64,000 nt of DNA, taken from assembly GCA_012295275.1 (NCBI GenBank), contig CM022665.1, forward strand, positions 3,968,001 to 4,032,000, read 5' to 3'. Shown in pieces: positions 28,064 through 40,825 of this stretch. The DNA is from Chrysomallon squamiferum (Eukaryota; Animalia; Mollusca). The translations under genes were made by a program, and so were the position numbers. The stretch's first letter is position 1. Every line of letters begins with the position of its first letter. The notes beneath the pieces were generated by a model, which saw only the letters and a program-made list of their open reading frames with translations, had not been told where the DNA came from and searched no databases.

Positions 28064-29519
28064 GATGTAACACATTAATTAACTTGCTTTAATCATTTCT
28101 TAATGTCAGCAGATTTCTGAATATAAAGTCTAGATATAAACTGATTTTTTTCTGAATTTTTATTTGAGGAATAATAGCTTTAAATGAAGACAGACAAGAA
28201 ACTTAAAAATATATAATTAGGATAATTTATGTAAAAAAAAACACCAAAAACCCTATACATTTAAAAAAAACAAAAAAAAAACATTCTATGTGGAGAATAT
28301 ATTTTGACACTGAAGTGTTATTGTATTCCAGTCTCTTTGTGAAATTGCCTTTTACTGAAAGATAGTCTCTTGGCTGTGCTTGTTAATCCATTAACCATTC
28401 ATAACTAGATTAACTGAGTAGCAGGTTTTTATAGGTATATATTTTATAAAATAAGACAACCCATAAACTCATACTGTGAAATGGATTTACTGTATCTTCA
28501 TTATACCATATTGTTAACACTATACTGTATGTTTGTAGATTGCATTACAATTGAAAACTGCACCTTTTACCATTTTAGATTTGTGAGAGATGAGAAAAAA
28601 AAATGTTTAAATCAACAGTGATATTTTTTCTTTGTTTGTTTGAACAGAGTTACATATGTTACTTGTTTGCTGTGTTTTTGTTTTTATTAGTTTTTGATAT
28701 GAAAAAAAGTTGTTTTTATCGAGTTCCTTGTTACAAAAAGTGTGAAAATCAAAATTAATCTCATTTTTTTAATGTTGTGAAGTTTATTCCCTTGTGAAAG
28801 TTTGTTTATTAATTGTATACAGGCACTGAGTGAGTAGGCATATTGCTGAGTAGAATGGTGGTGTGTTGTGTTTTTACAGAATTTAAAAAAAAAAAATACA
28901 AAAAAATAAATAAATAAATAAATATATATATACCTCCCTGTGAGAACTTTCTCAAAATATTATACGTATTTTCAGCAGAAGCTGTCACTTTTTTCCTTAC
29001 AGAAATTATTTCTTATTCAGCATCTTAATTCATTAACAAACAGCAAAAAAACCAACAACAAAAAAAAACCACTTAAATATTTTGTGACAATCTTTAGTTA
29101 CTAATGCATGGTGATTGTGTTCATTAACTTAGCAGTTAACTGCCGTTAATTTATTAAAATATTTGATGTTTTTTACATTCATTTCAGCATTTAAATTATT
29201 TTAATATATTTTAATTATTATATATATATATAAAGATTTAAGCATTAACAAATTATTTTTAGATTAATCAAAACTCGTTTTATTTTAAATATTTATTTTC
29301 TTAAGATTTTAATCCTGTTTAAAAGATGATTTATTTAGAAAGATGAATATGCATGTCTTTTTTCATTTTTTTTAAATTGTCTTTTATTATTTTACTTTAT
29401 AATCATTTTTAAACTTGGACTAATTTTATTTTAAAAATAAAATTATTGAAGCCATGTTGAACAATGTAAGCATGTTTTAGTTTTTCATAGCTTGTTTTTC
29501 AGTGATAGTTTGTAGTGTT

Positions 29520-29555
<36 letters not shown>

Positions 29556-30225
29556 TAAAGATTTCAGTAGATTATTAAAAACAGAACTTAAAATCAAAAT
29601 GTCGTTAATTTTAATGTTGAAAACAAAAATCTTTCTTTTGCATGTGACAATCAGACTTTGTTCATTATTACTGTACATGTGAAATTGTGTTTGAAATCTA
29701 GTCATTATTCATCATACACAGCAGTTTATTCAACGTGCTTTTGAAATCGTTCATTTGATTTTTTTGATTTTTTTTTTTCTGTTCAACATGGTGTCAGCAA
29801 GGAATAGTTGAATTTAACTATTAAAAACTTTATTATTATTATTATTATTTCATTTGTAATCATTTTAATATCTGACTACAAAATATTTTTTTTAATAATT
29901 TATTTTTTATTTATTTATTTTTTAATTTCATGTCATTATTACTAACTTTAAAATGTTTTAAGCTGTGAAATGTATTTTTATTTTAAAATAACAACAACAA
30001 AAAAAAAACTGGCAAGGAAAAAATTGGCAGCTTTTGTTGCTCAACTCAGGACTCCGTGTTCTCTGTGAATGTTGTCCAAGCAGTAACTCGTTTCGCTTCA
30101 AAAGCAAAACCAAATCTTTTTATGTACATGGTGCCATGTTCTATGGTGTACCCCATGTTTAAAAACAACTGTTAAACAGTATTGATCAGCTGTACACAAA
30201 ATTGATTTTTGTCATTAATTATAAT

Positions 30226-30273
<48 letters not shown>

Positions 30274-30829
30274 CCTGTTTTGCTTTATGGACATGGCTTG
30301 TATGTGGTTGTAGCAAAGATTTCAATTTTTTAATTATTATTTTGTAGCTTTTAGTTCAGGTTGGTAATACATATATGCAGGAATCAGTATTGTTTTTTTT
30401 TTTTATTTCTTTTCTCTTTTTTTAATGAGCAGAAGGTATTTTTTGTTTCATTATTATCATTCATGTTCATGAAAATAGTACTGTGAAAACTTATTAAATA
30501 TAGCAAAAAAAAAAAAAAAAAAAAATGTTTTTAATAATAATAATAAATTTAAAAAATGCACCTTGTTTATTCATTAATCAGCTAGAATTGTTTAGATACA
30601 GATCATATTGACGTGTGACTACATCAGATCCATTTTACAGATGTTTTCAACAAAAAAAAATGTGTTCATTTAAAAATATGCTGCATTTTAAACATTAAAT
30701 TGCTTGTTTCTTTTTGTCAATGTGCTTGAAGCACACCCTTATTAGTGTCTCATTCTCTAGCTCACATTCTTGCCTTCAGTTACTACAGAATGCATTTAAC
30801 GTGTATAAATTTTGTGCATCTAGTCAAAG

Positions 30830-30863
<34 letters not shown>

Positions 30864-31200
30864 AGTTTTGAAAAAAAAAAAAAAAAAGTATACATGTATA
30901 CATATAAAATTAATAAATGATAATAATAACAAAAATAAATGCCATGTCCATAGTCCCTTACAATAAACATGTTAATTTACAGTTTAGCCAACTTTATAGA
31001 TAATTTTGTTTTGTTATATAGTTTGGAAATTGTAGGTAATATTCAGAATTCACAGACCAGGCTGGGTTTTAATCTATTTTATTTCTGATGCAACTTCCCC
31101 CCCCCCATCTTATCCACTACCGTGGTTTATATCTTGTATTAGGTGGCATTGTGATGTGGTTTGGCAATGTACAGAATAAAAAATTTAAAAAAGGTATTAA
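24415..31200 (+). other. Probable long terminal 3'UTR exon of CELF1/2
   Basis: Donors just after the stop (gtatgt 21452, gtaggt 21472). Strong acceptor tcttttctatgtag ends at 24414, with an alternative acceptor ending 23751. The T/UG-rich strand bias persists to ~31.25 kb and then flips. Confidence 0.5.
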
Positions 31201-31243
31201 AATTTATTGATATAATGTTAGTTGTGTTGTTTGTTTGTGTTTG
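31168..31243 (+). terminator. Candidate distal polyadenylation site of CELF1/2
   Basis: TGTA (31168), AATAAA (31175-31180), ATTAAA (~31196), then a GU-rich downstream element gttgtgttgtttgtttgtgtttgg (~31221-31243). Confidence 0.55.
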
Positions 31244-33729
31244 GACAAGTAAATATTGATTCTTTTTTTTTTTTTTTTTTAGAATTATAAAAAACAAAAC
31301 AAAACAAAAACCATCCAGAAAATGGTTACGTTCATACTAGATGAAATGTGGGAAGATTCAACTGATGTTGAGTAAACTGAATAATAATTATGACATAACA
31401 GAATAAAAACACCTTTATTATAACAACAATCTTTTATTGAAAAGGCACATTTTAGAAAATATTAAAATGTGCAAACAAGTTACACACATGTTAAAAACAC
31501 CAAATTGAATTGTACAACAGTTCACAACTTGAAAAATGTTAACACTGGTACAGATGACAATGAGAATACAAAATCATTTGATGCAAACAGACTAAAGAAT
31601 CAACATTTGTTCATTCATTGTTCATTGACATAAAACATTCTTGGATATTTCTTATGGTTATAAAATTTGCACCATTTCATTAAAGTTGTTTGTTTATTTT
31701 TATACAAATTATGATAATGGAACATTTTGTATGAGAGCAACTGACCACACTGATTAAAACAGCAGTTGGAACAGTAAAAATGGGTGCCATTTATATCTAT
31801 TAATTTACAAATGTTAGTGCTATATGTTTACTTACTTTCATGTATTTATTCTTGACATGTCATCATACACTAGTACATACAAGTAACATAATTCCTCGAT
31901 GAAAACAAAAATGTATTTTAAAATAATATAAAGAAATGTCAATTAATACAAGTTACTTAAAGAAATAGCCTTGACATAACCAATAAATGAAAGCAATAAG
32001 AATTAGATAAGCCAATGGCAATATTAAAATTGTTATAAACATTAAAATATTAAAACGGAGATAAACTGATAATCATTTGTCGAAAGTAAAACAAATAAAA
32101 AATCTTTAAAGAATAATAGTTAACTCAGAAAAAAAAAAAAATAATAATCAAATTTACTTTATTTTCTAAATATATTTAAATTTGAAAAATCTACCTATTT
32201 GTAATTCTGTTAAAGAACTGATTTCTGGATATAATATTCAGTGATGTCTGTGTGAAGTAATTTTACCTTTTAATAGAAAAAATAAAAAATAAAATTGGTT
32301 AATTTGTTTCGCATACGTAAGTAAGTTTTGTTAACTTTTTGTTGAACTTTTGGCGTCAGAAATTACAAATTTCATATTCACATATCTGGATCTGATAAGA
32401 ATTTCACAACTGATAAATTTGTGCATGGTAGCAATCATCAAAATGTAAATCTAAAGAAATAAAAATCTGAAAACAAAGAAGAAACTAATTACCAGGAAAC
32501 CCGAGTTACTTTGGTAATAATTTAAGAAAAATGGCGTCGTCATAGATAAAACAAGGCCCCACTTTGATTGTGCTGCTATCTGGTGTCGAGGTGAATTCGC
32601 CCCTTCGTTTTTGTTTGTATATATGTATATATATATATATTAATATGCTTCCATAAGTGCATAATTTTATTTCGAATGATACACAGCATTAATTGAGACC
32701 GATCACTTTCAGCGGTTAAAAAGCACGTTTCAAATAGAAGTTATGTCCCTTGATTTTCAGTCGGATGAAAATATTGATTAGAAATAAAATGTAGAGATTC
32801 AACAACTGAGAAACACATACAAGCAGATGAAGAGTAACGAAGAATGGATGTTAATAGCAATTTCCGTACAGGTTTTTAAAACAGAACTAGGTCTAAGACA
32901 AATGTAGGCCTTTATATATGAAAGGTAGACATGCTTGTCAGAATTAGCAAGAGCTAAAATCACATCATAGCTGGAATGCTATCTTTATATATTGATAAAA
33001 TTATAAATAAAAATAATATAATATAATATAATATAATATAATATAAAAGTAAATTTAATATAAAGAAAAAAAAAAAGGAAAACATCTCAGTTACCAGTAA
33101 TATTAACAAACAATAAATAATGACAACATAAATAATATTATTTGTGAAAATACCTTCACTGCTATAGAGATAAAAATATTTTTACAGCACTTGATTTTTC
33201 ACTATGCATTGTAGTTGTGATCCGTTTAGAATTCACTGGCCACGTTTTTAAATAATTTGATCACATATTTATTGTTACGATAAAAATTACGATATCAATC
33301 AATAAAATATGATTACCATTCTTTAAATGTATACCGATGCCTTCACTTTGACGAAGAACGAATATTTAGTTAATTATCAATTTTCTTTTTTTTTTTTTTT
33401 TTTTCTTTCTTTATTTCTTTATTTGTGTTTTATCTTTTTATAAATTTTTTCTTCAAAATAAAAATGTAACCATTATTATTGAACTGAGATGCTCTGTCAA
33501 TCTTTACCAAATGAAATAAATTATACTGAACAAATTTATTCAGTTTAACTATTGAATAAAAAGATGAAACACAGGGAGAGCGACTTTGTTACAGTATCAA
33601 ACTCACATAAATGAATGAATGAAAGAAAACAACACGTATATTTCAAAATAGATTCTTATGTATATGGAATATAAACAAAGAAATATTTAGAACCATAATT
33701 CCCGCTGTGTGTTACATAGTCAATTCGTT

Positions 33730-33764
<35 letters not shown>

Positions 33765-34213
33765 CGTTTTTAAGAAAAAAGAAAGAAAGAAAGAAAAACA
33801 ACAGTAAACAAGAAATGGAATTCATAACAAAATAATAACTGTGAAAACATAGATGTGTGTGTCTGTTACGCTGTGTAAATGTTTTTGTGTGTTTGCGTGC
33901 GTGTGTATATGTGATTTAAAAAGTTATGTTAAAAACCTGCTTACAAATAGCAGGACAAATGAACTAAGCAGCAATTAGCATCTAATCTGAATAATACACA
34001 GATGAAAAAAGGTAAAGATTAATTTCTTTAAAAAGAAATAAATAAATAAAATAAAAACTTTAATATTTAAAAGCAATAAAAATAGATATTTTCGGTCAGC
34101 GTTTGTTCTAGAAAACATATTATTACTTTAAACAGTATTATTGACAAAACTATCAGTCGTGTACTAATTCTTAATTTACATAAAAGAGGGTAATCCGCAA
34201 ATATCTGAAAACG

Positions 34214-34219
34214 TTTATT
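34214..34219 (-). terminator. Candidate poly(A) signal of the selenoprotein gene
   Basis: The first minus-strand AATAAA (+ tttatt) I found downstream of the stop codon; ~300 nt 3' of the SECIS. Confidence 0.4.
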
Positions 34220-34274
34220 GAACCAGGACAAACATTTTTTTTTTTTAATTTTTTTTTTTTTTTAATTGTTTCTT

Positions 34275-34346
<72 letters not shown>

Positions 34347-34511
34347 GGTAAACCATAGTATAAATGGTAGCACGTCTATCTCCGCCCCTTTTTAACTTTT
34401 GCCGCTTACAAAATTTCAAGTAGCTTATAATTAAGACAGTCCACATACTTCTTTGACGATTTCAAAAAACTTTTCCCCCGTTTCATCTGTGTATAATTTT
34501 CGCCACTGAAG

Positions 34512-34578
34512 TCTTACGAACATCATCGCAAATAACTTTGCATATGCTTTTACAGTTATCTGGTCATTATTTCGAGAA
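34512..34578 (-). promoter_or_regulatory. Eukaryotic SECIS element (type II-like) in the selenoprotein 3'UTR
   Basis: Minus strand reads tctcgaaata-ATGAC-CAGATAACT-GT-AAAA-GCATATGC-AA-AGTTATTTG-CGAT-gatgttcgtaaga. It has the UGAC/CGAU non-Watson-Crick quartet, a 9-bp helix II (one G.U), AAAA 12 nt after AUGA, a GC/GC apical ministem and a helix I (CGAA/TTCG, TCT/AGA). Confidence 0.92.
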
Positions 34579-34945
34579 ATCAGCGACACGGGACGCTAAG
34601 CAGCTGCTTCGTTCACTCGATGCATTAAAAATGGCCGCTCACGTATCGTGGCAACTGCGTAAAGTCGCAAAAAGACTTCACTGCGCTTATTTTAAGAATG
34701 ATATCTTCCAGTTGTCGTATTCTGAGAAACAAACGTGAATACAAAAGAATGTGAATATTTGAAAGAAAGACCGGATATTAATTGTAACGTTATGAATGAA
34801 ACGACTTGGTTTTGTGACCAAAAATAAAAAAATAATAAAATAATAGTTTTACGACATTCGAAATTGTGTCGTTGACTAATGAATGAATTAGCTAAAGCAA
34901 AAACGAGATTATTTTATATAAATAAATTATTATTATTGATATTGC

Positions 34946-34985
<40 letters not shown>

Positions 34986-35437
34986 ATTATTGCTGTTGTT
35001 GTTAGTTGTTGTTATTATAGCAATGTTTTAATATATATTTTGAAAATATTTTAAAAGTCAAAAAAGAGATGAACATAACATTAATATTAGAGTCATTTGC
35101 TAATAATGAAATTATTATTTGACATAATTTCTATAGCCTGTAACTATATATCATGAATTATTTATATAATTACTTTCCAACATTAAAGTAATGGATTTTC
35201 ATTTCCTATCAAGCTGGAAATGAATTGATTTGTTCATGCAGAATGTGATATCTCGTGTTTAAATTAATTTTCAACAATGCAGACCGCGTTTTACCTTGTT
35301 CAGATAGAATATCATGCTTGAAAAAAAAAAAAATAATAATAAATAAATAAATAAATAAATAAATGTATTTTACAGAAGATCTTGAATACAGAAATATTTT
35401 AAATCTTCTTTGACACTTTTAAACATTTTTTTTTTTT

Positions 35438-35515
35438 TTAAACTAGAACACAAAACGAGGATTTGTTTGATTTTTTTTGGTTCGTGGTGCAGGTTCTTTC
35501 AAGCAGATTTAGTAC
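35438..35515 (-). CDS. MIEN1/SELENOW2: SELENOW2/MIEN1-like selenoprotein, exon 4 (last), ending in CaaX
   Basis: ttttag|VLNLLERTCTTNQKKSNKSSFCVLV*, TAA at 35440-35438, phase 0. CVLV parallels MIEN1 CVIL. Confidence 0.88.
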   Translation of the reverse strand, partial: VLNLLERTCTTNQKKSNKSSFCVLV

Positions 35516-35540
35516 CTAAAAAAAAAATTTAAAAAAATAA

Positions 35541-35572
<32 letters not shown>

Positions 35573-35701
35573 TAATAAATAATAATAATAATAAAAATGA
35601 ATAATAAGTATATCAAATAAATTTTAAAAAATGATCATTTTACCATTATCATCATAATAATTATAATTACAGTAATTATTATTAGTATTATGATGATGAT
35701 G

Positions 35702-35732
<31 letters not shown>

Positions 35733-35801
35733 GATATTCAACACGTATGACCTATATGACTGGTTACTAAAGAGATAAAAAATAATGACTTTAAAACTGA
35801 C

Positions 35802-35878
35802 CTCTGACTCACTAGGAAATACCCCAGTGTCCAGCTTGGAAAAGATAAGTTCTCCATTTAGATAAACTTCAAAACTGC
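35802..35878 (-). CDS. MIEN1/SELENOW2: SELENOW2/MIEN1-like selenoprotein, exon 3
   Basis: ttcgcag|...|gtcagt, 77 nt, phase 1-0. GSFEVYLNGELIFSKLDTGVFPSESE carries the Rdx signature GxFEV...GxLxFSKL...GxFP. Confidence 0.95.
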
Positions 35879-36379
35879 CTGCGAAAGAAATAATATATAT
35901 AATAATAATTAGTGTTCGTGTTCGTGTTCGTGTGCGTGTGTGTGTGTGTGTGTAAAAATAAATAAATAAATAATTTAAAAGACATTTAAACAAATTACAC
36001 AAATTATGCAGAAAAACAAAATTAGAAGAAAAAAAAATCATACACTGAAACTGCAATGACGACAAACTGTGGTTTTAAACTTCTTTTTTTTTTTATAAAT
36101 ATTATCTTCCATACAGTTTTGGCAATTTTTGAACAATTAGTACACGTGCACTGTTAGGTCATGTAAACATTTTATTAGTCAGTTCGGTAGTAAATGGAAT
36201 AAACGGAAAGTATTAATTCTCCAAATTGATCAAACGATTACAATGCGCGTGCGTCGAAGCAATTTCCTGTTAGTATTCCGGTTCACGAAAACCTGAGGAT
36301 GATATTAATGTTAAATCTTAATGCTTTATCTGAGCTGGATTTGGTGCTTTTTTTTGTTGTTGCTATTGTTGTTATTTGT

Positions 36380-36670
36380 AATTATGGTGTTGTAGTAGAA
36401 GTAATAATAGTAATAGTAGTATTAGTAATAATAAATGATATTATAGTAGTAGTTGCAGCAGCAGCAGCCGACGGAGTAGCAGTAGTAGAAGTAGTAGTAG
36501 AAGTAGTAGTAGTAGTAGTAGCAGCAGCAGCAGCAGCAGCAGCATAGCAGAAAAAGACGTTATGATATTAATAATAATAGTTGCTGTTATTGTCGTTGTG
36601 TTAGTAGTTGTGGCAGTAGTGGTGACTGCAGTAATTGTTGATGTGGTTGTAGCAACTAGCAGCAGCAATA
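36380..36670. repeat. Compound trinucleotide low-complexity tract (GTA/GCA/AAT)
   Basis: Directly visible. Similar tracts at ~3135-3205, 44030-44250, 49910-50060, 50530-50650 and 63830-63920. Confidence 0.9.
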
Positions 36671-37112
36671 ACATTTTGCACCGTTTTGGATGACCAAGTC
36701 TGTGTGCTGCAGAATTACCTGAACTATAATTTTATTAAGCCCTAGGTTGACAGATTTTATTGTGTTAGGTGCTCTGAAGTATTCTGTCAACATTATCTCA
36801 GCTAACAACTCGTGTCATACAAGTAATTAATACCCTGCTGTGTAACGCAGTAAACAGGAAAATAACGATTTTAATACCACTCAGTATTCCACTATGGGCA
36901 ATATGGTACTCAAATTAAACATTCTGATCGTTATTTTATATTTTATTTTTTGTTGTTGTTGTTGTTAATGCTTAATATACAAGAAAAATGTATAGTTTTA
37001 GCAAGTATAGCTTTAGTTATATATACATATAAGCATTACATACGTATGAACATTTACGTATTAAATGAATATGTATCTATAATCAGTGTGAGTATGTTTA
37101 AGTAATAATCAG

Positions 37113-37171
<59 letters not shown>

Positions 37172-37559
37172 CATTACATATAAATACCATGAAGTGACTG
37201 TTGCCGGCTAACAAGAGACAATACCAAATGCCTCGTACAGCAATTAATCTCCATGATATACTCAGCACTAGGTTTATTGGTAAACACATCGTCGCTACCA
37301 GATCACTAATTCCCTCAAAGTATCAAACCTCTGTGTTCACACAGCAAAGTGTTATCGACCCTACACACACGTACAGTGACAGCTTTCTGTTTGCCCCTCT
37401 CCGCATTCGCAGAATTAAATTTCTCCTAACAGCGTGTGTTCTGGAAGCCACACGAGTTTGAACTGGTAGCAATCATGATGAGATCTCGGCCACTTTCTGG
37501 ATAATGCGATCCCGCCATTAACTTCAATGCGAAATAATAATAGTAATAATCAGGTGAAC

Positions 37560-37599
<40 letters not shown>

Positions 37600-39886
37600 G
37601 TAGTAGGCAGGAATGTCGTCACCATTTGTGCAAAAAGAACAGACGAAATGAAAGCTGTCACGAACACGAAAATTGTTTCTAGAAAACGTTTGTGCAATGC
37701 TGTTGATATTTCTGAGTCGTAACTATATATTTAAAGAATGATATGCATGTAATTCTAAAAAAAAAGACGATGAAGTATGTATTACATATTAAATAATTGT
37801 TCAACCCATTCTGCTGTGATCATGACTTCTTCTAGTCTAAGACTTGGCCACAGAGTTAACTGTTATGCTGACTAAAATAATAAATAAATAAAAAAAAATA
37901 AATAAAATTAAAAGTTAGAATTAAAATTAAAATTTATGTCTAAAGTTCTACATAACTACTGGACATATAATCTAAAACCAAAGATGACCTAAGCAGTATT
38001 TCAAAATGAATGGTTAAAGCACTTCTATCGTGTGAACGATGAGCTCGAATAAGTTTAACCATCTTCAGTTTATCTAATATTTTAAAGAGCTGAACCAGAG
38101 GAATAGTAAAGGAACGATCGAGCTCCTTAAAGGATCATCACGGGTTTTGGAGTCAGCCAACATCTGTATATAAAGATAATCTTCTTTGCTGTTTTATTAC
38201 AAATCTCACAAAATGTCCACGAGTTAACTTACAAACGACCTTTAACGTTTTGTTTAAGTTGACTTTTGAGTCTTCGTAAATTACTTTAAAAATAAAAAGA
38301 TTTAATTCTAGAATACTTTTGGCCACGAACCGTACCTAAACGAAAACACCGCTTCACGAATTCACGGAAACCGCCCCCTCTAAGATCCGACCCTGCAAAA
38401 TTGTGGCTGTTTACGACATATAATCCAAGAGCCGAGGAAATTTGTCATGACAGCGTTAAATTAGAACGTTTGTACACGACTTAGAGAGAAGTCGATAACA
38501 CTTTCCTAGTTAACCCGCTATATTCCTGTCATTACCGTATTAAGAAATCATGGGTTAATCAATGTACTGCGCAATGAAGGCTAATTGTCCAAAACAGAGT
38601 TAGATGTCACAACTTTCGAAACATGATTAGTGAACTTATTATTAATTTTATCTTTGAAAAAAGAATAAATAAAAAATAAAATAATGATTATAGTGAAATG
38701 AAAATTGTTATGTCAGAGAAATCGTTGTCTTCAACTGGCGCATCCACACAGTCAAAAAGGGAAAAGGAAAAAAAGGTGATACGTGTGAACTATGTATTAC
38801 AGTTGTGTTCGTTGATACAACTGTTTCACTTAGTGTGGAGTAGTTGAAAAAATGCAGAAATATTAGAATATTAAAGCACGTTTTTGTGGGTTAGTGAGGA
38901 ATATATAAAAGATCAACAAAAAAAAATAAAAAAAATAATAATAATAATAAAAATAAAAAATCCTGGTTTTGTGGATATATTTACTTTATATTTGTCCCTC
39001 TATTTTATGTTCCTTTATCAGTTTCCTCTATCCGTGATTGCTGTGAATATTATTAAAATTATTTTTATATTGATGTTGTTGTTGTAGCAATGTTCTTCTT
39101 CTTATTATTATTATTATTATATTATTATTATTATTATTATTAATTATGTTGTTGTTGCTGTTATTATTATTATTATTATTATCGTCGTCGTCGTCGTTGT
39201 TGCTATTGCAACATCTGCAGCTACTGTTGCTATTTTAAATATAGGTCTTTTAATCTGAATAAAAAATAAATGGGTTAACTGACGAAATTTACTGTTTTAT
39301 TACGGCAAACAACACTGAGATGTATTATTAGATTTTCACAATAGGAACGACCGCGTATCCTTCCTGTTTCTCTAACAAACACTGATGTATCTGCAGTCTT
39401 GTAAAAAAATCCTTTAAAAAAAATCCTTTATTTCCACTAACAATTCATTATACTTTCCAATAAGGGAAATGCCACATTTAAACATGCAAAGAAGCGTGTT
39501 CGTTACTTCTATACTTCAGGTATGGGCTACACGTTTTCAAAATCTGTGAATATTTGATTTTCGCATATTAAATAAACTGTATGATATTTTGTGTATGGTG
39601 GACGGAGTTTGGTCAGCTTCGTTGAAATAATATCAAGTAGAAATAAGATAAAACCCCAAAATTAAATAAGACCAACTTGTTTAAGAAATGGGTTAAATAC
39701 TTATGTTTCAATTTGTTATAGTTAAGAAGTTTCAATTATATGTAATAAAAATAATTAATATTAAACCATTTAATATAGAATTCTTTATACATTGAAAATT
39801 AAATATATATATGTAGTTTCATTCATAATGGAAAGAATGGTATACATAAATATGTACATGCACTTTCGAACACACATATATATATA

Positions 39887-39954
39887 TACATACATACATA
39901 CATACATACATACATACATACATACATACATACATACATACATACATACATACA
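39887..39954. repeat. (TACA)n tetranucleotide microsatellite
   Basis: Directly visible. Confidence 0.95.
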
Positions 39955-40754
39955 AATATATATAAGCACACAAACATCTACGTAAGTACACAGGTTGTCT
40001 TGATGGCCTTCGGAGTGCGGGCGAATGGGTGCCTTATATTCGAGTCTCGTCAGCGGCATCTGACGGGTTTGTGAGGTCGTGATTGGACTTTGTCCTCCTG
40101 CGCCAGTGCGTTCCCGAATTGTCTATGTGCAGAATCTAATCAGACGTCCATACGACAGAGAATATTCAAATACTAAAATACACACACACACACACACACA
40201 CACACACCGAACAAACATACATACAAACATACCTGTATTTGATTTACTGAGCTGTACAGCTGATAAGCAGACTAACAAAGTATTTCTTCATGATCAACAG
40301 ACAATAAAAGTCTGTGAAAAAAGTGAAATGTATGTCTAATCCTCGCCCTAACCATTACAATTAAAGCCGATTCTTTCATTCTAAACAATGAAACAAATGC
40401 TTCAAGAAAGTCGATTGCGTAATACAGACATTATAATTAACTTTATTTAATTCTGTACAGTAATAAATAAATAAAAAGAAAGAAATAACGAAAGAAATAA
40501 GGAAATTTAAAAAATGATTTAATAATTAAAGTTGTTTTGAACAGGTGTTTGCAATTAACGAAAAGGTTATTCGGTAAATGAATTTACCACATCAACGATT
40601 TTAATTGGTAGTGTTTAAGATGAATCTATACCACTATAAGTTATTTATTATTTATTTAGTTTTAATTTTTAATTAGTGTTGATTCGAGCTAATAGAAACC
40701 TAAAAGAAGGTAATTACAATAATAATAATAATAAAAATAATGAAGATGAAGATG

Positions 40755-40825
<71 letters not shown>

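Noticed and set aside
31740-31870. Box C/D snoRNA (minus-strand ATGATGA at ~31860)
   Set aside because: No D box (CTGA) at a suitable distance and no terminal stem.
35190-35320. Second SECIS candidate (several minus-strand ATGA and a TCATTTCC/GGAAATGA inverted repeat)
   Set aside because: No helix II closing on a matching GA quartet; only a simple short hairpin.
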